From the NCBI GenBank assembly GCA_040752695.1, contig JBFMGO010000049.1:1-37044 (forward strand): a stretch of 37,044 nt of DNA, in the 5' to 3' direction. Shown one piece after another: positions 1 to 7,098 of the stretch (the stretch's first letter is position 1; each line of letters opens with the position of its first letter). The position numbers and the translations under genes are program-made. Under the pieces are notes generated by a model that had not been told where the DNA came from, searched no databases, and worked only from the letters and a program-made list of their open reading frames with translations. The DNA is from a bacterium. GTDB lineage: Bacteria > SZUA-182 > DTGQ01.

Positions 1-105
1 TTACCCCCCCCACCAAGGGAAAGATACTAAAATATTTTAAATATACTATTATTATTAGTATATTAAACTAATTATAATTAATATTTAAAAATATTGATTT
101 TTATA

Positions 106-135
106 TTGACATATATACATTACATTTGTTAATAT
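106..135 (+). promoter_or_regulatory. Putative sigma70 promoter
   Basis: TTGACA at 106-111, 18-bp spacer, TG-n-TAATAT at 127-135. The context is very AT-rich, so a chance match is possible. Confidence 0.4.
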
Positions 136-652
136 TTAAATTAAAAGCGATAACTTAATACTCCAACGAGACCTCCAGAAGGCCGCTCGCCTCGCATAAG
201 ACACCTTCAAAGCAAGTATCCGAGCTTCCGCACCGAGGAAAATAATTTTAAATTTTTTCCTTGCGATCATTCGGGCTGGGAAGCCGTGCTAAAAATTTTG
301 GTCGCTGTGGAATCGAAGTCAATGGTGGTAGGCTCCCTCAGATAGACTGGTTCTTAGACCTTCGTACCATTACCTCTAGAGACTATATATAGCTTACAAC
401 AAATCAATGGAATATGACAATTTTAAAGGCGTAGGGTTACAAGCTCATTTACCATTGTCAAGTCAATATAAGAAATCTTTGTTATATCAATATGTTAAGG
501 TTAAAGTTCCTGTCTTTAAAGGAGGTTGTGGAATAGCTGAAAGTGCCTAATACCCCAAACGATAGCGGGCAATTGTTCTTATAATCAATATACTAAGACC
601 AGAATTGCTGTCTTCGAAGTCGGTACACTCATGTCTGTACAATGTCACTGAC

Positions 653-777
653 GTCATTCCAAGGAGCTTCGCTCTGGGGAATCTTGTTCTTGTCTCATTA
701 TCTGACCGGAATTCTTGGTTTCATCCGGTTAAAGATGTTTTATCCAGTCAAAGATTTCTCGCTTCGATTGGGATGAT
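653..777. repeat. CGTC/GTCATT-type palindromic (REP-like) element, copy 1
   Basis: Left arm GTCATTCCAAGGAGC..GGAATCT and right arm AGATTTCTCGCTTCGATTGGGATGAT form an imperfect inverted pair. Confidence 0.55.
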
Positions 778-928
778 GGATAATTCAAGCAATTACCTTA
801 ATATGACAAAACACTGAAATGAGACATGAGAGAACCAGTAACAGGAGAAAGGAGGTAAATTATAGCTTAAACAAAGTTCAACGTTTTATTTTGGTATGGC
901 TATTTGAGAAGTTTTCCTTAGTAACAAT

Positions 929-1042
929 GTCATTTCGAAGAGTTTTTATGCTGAGGAATTTTGAACCGCTTAAAAGTAATATCGATTTAAAATAATATCG
1001 CCTAAAAGTAATATTAGAATTCCTCACTTCGCTTGGAATGAC
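929..1042. repeat. CGTC/GTCATT-type palindromic (REP-like) element, copy 2
   Basis: GTCATTTCGAAG..GAGGAATTT ... AGAATTCCTCACTTCGCTTGGAATGAC; same architecture as 653-777. The loop holds three TAAAA(G)TAATAT units. Confidence 0.55.
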
Positions 1043-1101
1043 GGGAAATTCAGCATAGGCTAAATGACATGATTTAATAATATGCATAAGGAGTAGGTTT
1101 T

Positions 1102-2307
1102 ATGAGTAGTAAATTTAGCACTAAATTATTATGTTACTTTTACAATTTATTAATCCCTCTAATATGTATCGGTTGTTTGCTCTGGAATTCTCCTTGTACG
1201 CTAGCTCAAGATCTAGTTGCTCAACCTGTATTAGTATCTCCTCAACCTATGTCAGTGTCTCCACCTAAAGACACTTCAGCGTCTCCACCTGATAATACAT
1301 CTATATCAGCTCCAACCTTAACTGCTTATCACCCTGAAGGGTGTACAGACCTGGATTCAGGAGAACTGGATATTGAAGGGATCGAGATAAATCCCGGTCA
1401 GAAAGTAGTTTCGATTCCTATTAGAATTCAAAAAGCGCCTAATCCATTACTGGCAATTGGCATTAAAGTAACCTATGATCCAAGTGTGTTAGAGTATTCT
1501 GATTTTACAAATGGTGAACTGGTAGAATCTTTCAGTTATTTTGCCTGTTCTCTCCCTACCCCGGGCAAATTAACAATAGGAGGCTTCGATGTCGGGAGTG
1601 GTATTCCTCAAGACAGTAATGGCTATGTGGGTTGGATCAACTTTAAGGTAGTGGGTGGAGCCGTCGGAGAGTGTTATCCCTTAAATCTGATAGACTTAGC
1701 GGACGATATCGAAGGATTATCCAGTTCCGGCGCATGCCTCTGCATCCAGGATTGCAATGGGGATATCAATGGAGATGGAGTGATTTCCCCTCAGGATGCC
1801 CTTTCTGTCTTTAATTGTATTCAAGGCTCAGATTCCTGTAATGAATGTGTTGATGTAAATAAGGACGGCGAAGTTACTGAGGCAGATGGACTATGCCTGT
1901 TGTGGAAGTACTTAGAACTACCTTCTTGTTTATCTCAACCTGAAGAAACAGGGTGTATGGACCCGGCTGCCACAAACTATAACCCTGATGCTACCCTAGA
2001 TGATGGAAGCTGCACCTATCCTCTGCCTCCTCCCTCTATAGCTGGCTGTATGGACCCGGCTGCCACAAACTATAATCCTGATGCTACCCTAGATGATGGA
2101 AGCTGCACCTATCCTCTGCCTCCTCCCTCTATAGCTGGCTGTATGGACCCGGCTGCCACAAACTATAACCCTGATGCTACCCTAGATGATGGAAGCTGCA
2201 CCTATCCTCTGCCTCCTCCCTCTATAGCTGGCTGCATGGACCCGGCTGCCACAAACTATAACCCTGATGCTACCCTAGATGATGGAAGCTGTGTATATCT
2301 CGATTAA
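1102..2307 (+). CDS. Exported protein with cohesin domain, dockerin domain and four GCMDPAATNYNPDATLDDGSC repeats
   Basis: RBS AAGGAG; signal peptide ending TLA-Q; cohesin-like VSIPIRI..KVTYDPSVLEY..GKLTIGG..INFKV; paired EF-hand-like dockerin GDINGDGVISPQDAL / DVNKDGEVTEADGL; C-terminal repeats. Confidence 0.85.
   Translation: MSSKFSTKLLCYFYNLLIPLICIGCLLWNSPCTLAQDLVAQPVLVSPQPMSVSPPKDTSASPPDNTSISAPTLTAYHPEGCTDLDSGELDIEGIEINPGQKVVSIPIRIQKAPNPLLAIGIKVTYDPSVLEYSDFTNGELVESFSYFACSLPTPGKLTIGGFDVGSGIPQDSNGYVGWINFKVVGGAVGECYPLNLIDLADDIEGLSSSGACLCIQDCNGDINGDGVISPQDALSVFNCIQGSDSCNECVDVNKDGEVTEADGLCLLWKYLELPSCLSQPEETGCMDPAATNYNPDATLDDGSCTYPLPPPSIAGCMDPAATNYNPDATLDDGSCTYPLPPPSIAGCMDPAATNYNPDATLDDGSCTYPLPPPSIAGCMDPAATNYNPDATLDDGSCVYLD
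1951..2292 (+). repeat. Intragenic 93-bp tandem repeat (3 full units + 1 partial; 31 aa)
   Basis: Units start at 1951, 2044, 2137 and 2230; near-identical at DNA level, with a few synonymous differences. Confidence 0.95.
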
Positions 2308-2339
2308 CTTATTTCTTTAATAGCCCCTCGTTAATTCCT

Positions 2340-2413
2340 CACTACCGGACATTTTTAGGAAAAAGTCCAACCGTCATTTCAACGAAGACGAATATTAAAA
2401 ATGTCCGGTAGTG
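2340..2413. repeat. 74-bp element bounded by a perfect 18-bp inverted repeat
   Basis: CACTACCGGACATTTTTA (2340-2357) and TAAAAATGTCCGGTAGTG (2396-2413); flanks ATTCCT / AATCCT. Confidence 0.75.
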
Positions 2414-2749
2414 AATCCTGTAGCCGAGCTTCCCACTCCGTTTACCAATGAGAGTTTAAATGACATATGAAGATATGATCCCAATATGCTTGTACTTATA
2501 TAATTAGTTGAAAGCGCAGGAGTACCTCACAGAGTAACTGGAGTGACCCCTGCGCTTAATGGTAGGCTCGCGAGATAAAAATGGTAAGTAACAAACACCT
2601 GGACAACAACAAACCAGTGTACTTAGGGACTTCCCACGGAATAATTTTCCCGGCTATATCAAAAGTCCCCCCCTCCCTCCATTATAAGAGGGAGAAATTG
2701 AAGACATTCCCTGATCTTGGGGTATATGAATTCCTGGATACTCCCTTAG

Positions 2750-2907
2750 TTGTCCTTTCGCTCAGCGTATGAGATAACAGCCAAACGCAGGGGGGCGGTG
2801 CTGTTTTAGCTCTCTCGCCCCTATGGAGAGAGGGTTTCAGGGGAGAGGGCTTTGGATTACCTCAGTGGACGGGTGATTCCCGCGGCATTCACTGAGCGAT
2901 AGGACCA
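2750..2907. mobile_element. Putative MITE with ~18-bp imperfect terminal inverted repeats, flanked by CTNAG
   Basis: CTTAG|TTGTCCTTTCGCTCAGCG ... CACTGAGCGATAGGACCA|CTGAG (15/18 arm match); related ends recur at 9962-10090. Confidence 0.5.
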
Positions 2908-3023
2908 CTGAGAAGATAGAAAAGGGAGATATCCCAAAAACCAGATCCTCTTCAGATAATCCCCAGCAGAGCGAGATCGAATGGCGTGGAAAGCCAAAAT
3001 GTGCAAGGTATAATATGTGTATC

Positions 3024-3860
3024 TTATCCTTCCATCATTCTCTCGGGAATATCGTCTTTGATTTCCCAGTCCAGTCCGGATTCGCGGTCCATTCTGGTTT
3101 CCCAGTTCAGGTAGTCGCTTACCTTTCGCAGGGGTTGGGTAATAGTCCTTGTAATCAGGACGCCAAGCATTACTGAAATGATCACACCAAGTATAATGGT
3201 TGCCATAAAAATCAAACTTGAAGAAGCCTGAGCAGCGCCTGCCATACTTATCGTCTCTTGCATCTGCGCCTCAGATTGGCTGTTCACTTTACTCACTGCC
3301 TCTTCAAGATCCTTGCCCGCACGGTCGAACTCACCCCTGACCAATGATGCAAGGATTCCATCAACCACCGTTTTGGTCTCATCCATCCTCCCGGCAGCTA
3401 CATGGGCTATCACTTGCTTCTTTTGGATTATCAATTTTCCACCTTGAGCCTGAAACGCCGCAAATTTGTTCCGTACCTCGGCTGCGGCAACTTCAGCCTC
3501 ACTGCCCTTTTTGTACGGCCTGATGCCCATCTTCGCATCACCTTTGAGTAAGGCGTTGGCTAACTGCTGAAACTCATTGGCTTTTGTTTGGTATGCTTTT
3601 TTATACGTTTCGAATTCTTCCGCCCCGGTTCCGACCGCTGCCATTTCCAAGAGGTTCATTCTCATGGCTCTTTGCAGGCTGTCCAAACGAAACCCTGCCT
3701 TCAGATGAGGCAGCCGGTCGTGGATAATGAAATCCGTTGCCAAACCTGTTCTTCGTATACTCATATACCCAGTCATGCCAATTACTACTACTAAAAGAGC
3801 CATCGAAGCAAAACTCATACTTAAAACAGCCTTTATGCTTAACCGCCTCGTTCCTTTCAT
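3024..3860 (-). CDS. Chemoreceptor-like sensor: TM, four-helix-bundle (4HB_MCP-type) domain, TM; no signalling domain
   Basis: Strong RBS AAGGAGG; N-terminus RLSIKAVLSMSF + TM1; helical periplasmic region; TM2 followed by ITRTITQPL (HAMP start), then a stop ~30 aa later. Confidence 0.7.
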   Translation of the reverse strand: MKGTRRLSIKAVLSMSFASMALLVVVIGMTGYMSIRRTGLATDFIIHDRLPHLKAGFRLDSLQRAMRMNLLEMAAVGTGAEEFETYKKAYQTKANEFQQLANALLKGDAKMGIRPYKKGSEAEVAAAEVRNKFAAFQAQGGKLIIQKKQVIAHVAAGRMDETKTVVDGILASLVRGEFDRAGKDLEEAVSKVNSQSEAQMQETISMAGAAQASSSLIFMATIILGVIISVMLGVLITRTITQPLRKVSDYLNWETRMDRESGLDWEIKDDIPERMMEG

Positions 3861-4030
3861 GTGTCAACCCCTCCTTTTTCCGATCCTTAAGGAAGTTCAT
3901 AACTTTTGATGAGGTGATCCGCCAGTCCCGCCAGGGGGATAATCCTAATTTCCCGATCGGCACAAGGTCATGGACTCTTCGTTACTCCTGCTCAATTTCA
4001 ATCCAGAGCTACTCACATGTATCAGTAATG

Positions 4031-4170
4031 AGGACTGACACGTCATAGGGCAAAGACTGACAACGTCATCACATAGGATGAAGACTGATACCATAGGACG
4101 AAGACTGATACCGTAAGACGAAGACTGATACTGTAAGACGAAGACTAATACTGTGGGACAAATACTGATA
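4031..4170. repeat. Imperfect 20-bp tandem repeat array (AAGACTGATACCRTARGACG)
   Basis: Units at 4081, 4101, 4121, 4141 and a partial at 4161, plus longer degenerate units at 4031 and 4053; no spacers. Confidence 0.9.
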
Positions 4171-4209
4171 AAGGAGGGATTAGCCTAAAAAGGCGGGATT
4201 GGTGTAATT

Positions 4210-4905
4210 CTATAACACACCGAAAATGTATATGAGGGAGTAGTAGATTCCTACTGCAATGAAGATAACGCCGGTGATTCGCCGTGCCCACCACTCGATC
4301 CTGGTCAGCATATTGAATGCTCTGCCTACGGCCCGGGTGCCCAGAGCGATGAGAATAGCAAATGCCATGACTGGCAGGCCAGTTCCAAGCCCGTAGAGCG
4401 AAGGCAGCATCAGAATCGATTTATGCCTCACCGATAGAGGAATGAGACTTCCGAAGAAGAGGGCAGCCGAAATAGGGCAAAAAGAAAGAGCAAAGAGAAT
4501 GCCAAGCAATCCTGCACCCCAGATACCGCCCCTCTCGGCAGCTTTTTGCACTTTTCCATCTCCGGATGCTGACCATCCGGAGATGTTGATCCGGATCAAT
4601 TCAAGAAGAACTGCCCCAACGATGATCAAGAGCGGCCCCAGCAGCTTGTTCATATACTGCTGCAGGAAATTCGATACCCCCGGAATGGACATGATGCCTG
4701 CCACCGTGAGAATTCCCAGGGCAAGGTAGGCGATCATCCTACCGAGGGTATATAGAAAGCCGGACCACATCACCTGGCGGGTACTGCCAAGCCGATTGCC
4801 GATGAAAGAAATAGCAGCAATATTCGCGGCCAGGGGGCACGGACTGATTGAGGTCAGAATGCCAAGCCACAGCGCCGAGCCTGCCCCAAAGAGAAATTCC
4901 CCCAT
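4210..4905 (-). CDS. arsG: ArsG-family / CcdA-DsbD-like membrane protein (putative aromatic arsenical efflux permease)
   Basis: ALWLGILTSISPCPLAANIAAISFI and ALSFCPISAALFFGSLIP motifs; about 6 TM segments; abuts the arsF-like gene. Confidence 0.7.
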   Translation of the reverse strand: MGEFLFGAGSALWLGILTSISPCPLAANIAAISFIGNRLGSTRQVMWSGFLYTLGRMIAYLALGILTVAGIMSIPGVSNFLQQYMNKLLGPLLIIVGAVLLELIRINISGWSASGDGKVQKAAERGGIWGAGLLGILFALSFCPISAALFFGSLIPLSVRHKSILMLPSLYGLGTGLPVMAFAILIALGTRAVGRAFNMLTRIEWWARRITGVIFIAVGIYYSLIYIFGVL

Positions 4906-5552
4906 CAGGTTTCCCCTGCCAGGTAAGCGTTGATTTCGTCGCGAACATAATTGATAAAGGTGTCTTTATCATAGAGAAGCTCCCAGACCCTGGCCAGGTT
5001 CTTCCACCGTTTTTGCTTTCCATCGAGGACATCGACGATTACAACGGATTTGGTATAAAGCTGAAAATCCTTGACGAAGTGTTCATTGACCGGCTCTTCC
5101 ACATCGATTACCCGCCACTCGAGACGGCCGCTTTTGAGAGGACCGGCAAAGCCACCCTGCCCCTGAATCGCCTCATGCGTGTAAGACTCGATCTTCCGGC
5201 AGGATACGCACCGGAATTTCCCATGGAAGTAGTAGGCTATGACCTTGTGAGATAACTGATCTGCTGCTTTTCCTGAATCGCTACCCTGCCCTTTCGATGT
5301 CTCAGCCTGCTCTTTCGAGGCAGACTCTTGCACTTTCGATGCCTCGCCCCGGCCTTTCGTTGCAGCCTGCTCACTTACTACAGCAGGACCCGGCTTAGCC
5401 GCCCTGCCCTGGCCCTGGGAGGATGATCCTTGCGCCATAAGCCAGCTTGGGCTTCCAAAAACCAGGACCAGGATGCCAATGGGGATGATCATTTTTAGCT
5501 TTATGTTCGACTTTGGTTTCATACTCGGTTTTCTCCTATTCTGACTAATCAT
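4905..5552 (-). CDS. arsF: ArsF-family thioredoxin-like protein with N-terminal signal/anchor and low-complexity linker
   Basis: VIAYYFHGKFRCVSCRKIE (CxxC), NEHFVKDFQLYTKSVV, WKNLARVW. Confidence 0.7.
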   Translation of the reverse strand: MISQNRRKPSMKPKSNIKLKMIIPIGILVLVFGSPSWLMAQGSSSQGQGRAAKPGPAVVSEQAATKGRGEASKVQESASKEQAETSKGQGSDSGKAADQLSHKVIAYYFHGKFRCVSCRKIESYTHEAIQGQGGFAGPLKSGRLEWRVIDVEEPVNEHFVKDFQLYTKSVVIVDVLDGKQKRWKNLARVWELLYDKDTFINYVRDEINAYLAGET

Positions 5553-5925
5553 TCAGAAAGGTCCGTCCCTTTGCGGCCACTTTATCAATCCGCTCATCAG
5601 AAACAGGCGACTTGCCTTTTTCAAGCCCCAGGTCAGCCAGGCCCAGGTGCTCGAAGGCATTGAAACCAGCCTGTTCGAGAGTTTTTCTGGCACAATTCAG
5701 GGGGCAACCATCAATAACCAGTATCCTGGAAGCAGCCTCAGTTGAAGCCACAATTCCGCTGACGCGGCCCCCTATCCCGGCGAGACAGAACATCCTGCCC
5801 GCTCCCTCCTTCGTGAGCCTGCGGGCTGCACGGTCGGTAATTTCTCCGGTATCTGAAGATCCTGAACAAGCGAAAATCAATTTCGGTGCACAACTACAAG
5901 AACAAGAGTCACTATCATTAGACAT
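5545..5925 (-). CDS. DGC-domain putative zinc-binding protein
   Basis: IFACSGSSDTGEITDRAARRL, MFCLAGIGG, VIDGCPLNCARKTL; RBS AAGGAGG. Confidence 0.85.
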   Translation of the reverse strand: MSNDSDSCSCSCAPKLIFACSGSSDTGEITDRAARRLTKEGAGRMFCLAGIGGRVSGIVASTEAASRILVIDGCPLNCARKTLEQAGFNAFEHLGLADLGLEKGKSPVSDERIDKVAAKGRTFLND

Positions 5926-5984
5926 AAATAGTATATCCTCCTTATACTCTTAAACAGCTTATACAGGTCAGGCTCTTATTCCTT

Positions 5985-6065
5985 ATGCCTGCATAGATAG
6001 CTGAATGCCTGCATAGACAACTGACTACGGTGACAATTGACTACCATGGCAATTGACTACGGTGA
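5985..6065. repeat. Compound tandem repeat: 20-bp x2 followed by 16-bp x2.5
   Basis: ATGCCTGCATAGATAGCTGA, ATGCCTGCATAGACAACTGA, CTACGGTGACAATTGA, CTACCATGGCAATTGA, CTACGGTGA. Confidence 0.85.
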
Positions 6066-6077
6066 ACGTTTTCTTTA

Positions 6078-6305
6078 TTACTCTTGCCGATCCACTTCCT
6101 GCCTGGCCGAGAATGAACCTTGCGGGTCCTTCTCCCCATCCAGATGAGACTTCAACTTGTTTTCCTGGGATGAATGAAGTTTCCGATAGATACACTTTTT
6201 AAGAAACAAATAAGCATCCTCTTTGTCTTCATCGGTTATGATCCGCTCCAGTTCCATGACTTCTTGTGACTCTAAGGTTAGTACCTTTCGGGTAATTTCT
6301 AACAT
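6078..6305 (-). CDS. Small hypothetical protein within the ars operon
   Basis: RBS GGAAGGAAG; co-oriented with operon genes; natural-looking helical, charged sequence. Confidence 0.65.
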   Translation of the reverse strand: MLEITRKVLTLESQEVMELERIITDEDKEDAYLFLKKCIYRKLHSSQENKLKSHLDGEKDPQGSFSARQEVDRQE

Positions 6306-6378
6306 CGCTACTTCCTTCCCCTTTGTTATGAAAACGGTCCTCTCAATTATGAAAGCAGCCGGTTCTGAGAGTCTCCCT

Positions 6379-6618
6379 TTAAGCCAGCATTTTTTTCAGT
6401 TCGGCCACTGAGGGCACGCGGCCTGTGACCTTGACCTCTCCGTCAACGGCCAGGGCAGGAGTCATCATTACTCCAAAGCCCATAATGGCCGTAATGTCGG
6501 TGACCTTTTCAAGCTCGTACTCCAGGCCAAGCTCTTTGGCAGCAGATTCCGCGCTCTCGGCCAGTTTTTTGCATTTTGGGCAGCCTGTGCCCAGGATCTG
6601 GATCTTTTTCATACTCAT
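6379..6618 (-). CDS. Small redox-active disulfide protein (TM0996/MTH895 thioredoxin family)
   Basis: KIQILGTGCPKCKKL and GVMMTPALAVDGEVKVTGRVPS; RBS GGGAGG. Confidence 0.9.
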   Translation of the reverse strand: MSMKKIQILGTGCPKCKKLAESAESAAKELGLEYELEKVTDITAIMGFGVMMTPALAVDGEVKVTGRVPSVAELKKMLA

Positions 6619-6727
6619 CTCTTGCCTCCCTCTGCACCTTGCTTATGGAAAAAATTCGCCATCTCTGCCTTGATCAAATCTATCAGTTTCCATCAAACCA
6701 GCTTATATCGAATTAATTTTTTTCGAA

Positions 6728-7060
6728 TCAGTCTGTTTTGCATTCCAACAGATCCAGTTGTTCCCTGGCAGCAGATTCAATAACCGATTCCACGCAGTCG
6801 AGGAATTTTATGATGCAGGGCGTCCTCAGCCGGTAATAGACCTGGGTGCCGGTTTTTTTGTCCTGAACCAAGCCGGCGCTTTTCAGGACAGCCAGGTGTT
6901 TGGATACGGTGGACATATCCGCACCGATCTTTTCAGTAAGCACGCATACACATTTTTCACCCCGCGATAGCTCATCCACGATAAACAGGCGTGTCGGATG
7001 GCCGAGCGCCTTGATAACCCTGGCTCTGGCTTCACATCGGGCTTTGGTTCTGGCATCCAC
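6728..7060 (-). CDS. arsR: ArsR/SmtB family transcriptional repressor
   Basis: KALGHPTRLFI, EKCVCVL metal(loid) site, STVSKHLAVLKSAGLV HTH; RBS AAGGAGG; GTG start. Confidence 0.9.
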   Translation of the reverse strand: MDARTKARCEARARVIKALGHPTRLFIVDELSRGEKCVCVLTEKIGADMSTVSKHLAVLKSAGLVQDKKTGTQVYYRLRTPCIIKFLDCVESVIESAAREQLDLLECKTD

Positions 7061-7098
7061 GTAAAAGACCTCCTTGGGATCATACAGTTTTTCTTATC

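Noticed and set aside
605..1087. ORFs 605-817 (+) and 878-1087 (-)
   Set aside because: They coincide with palindromic repeat elements and have no RBS or protein-like features.
1951..2292. CRISPR or DGR-like repeat
   Set aside because: In-frame coding repeat with identical linkers; no adenine-specific variation and no reverse transcriptase in the window.
2581..2772. 63-aa ORF
   Set aside because: Lies in a repeat-dense intergenic zone and runs into the MITE-like end; no recognisable motif.
3870..4020. c-di-GMP riboswitch upstream of the chemoreceptor-like gene
   Set aside because: GGCAAA..GAAA..GACGCAAA-type consensus not found by eye; an Rfam scan would settle it.
4031..4170. CRISPR array
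   Set aside because: Repeats are contiguous with no unique spacers, are only 20 bp, and no cas genes are present.
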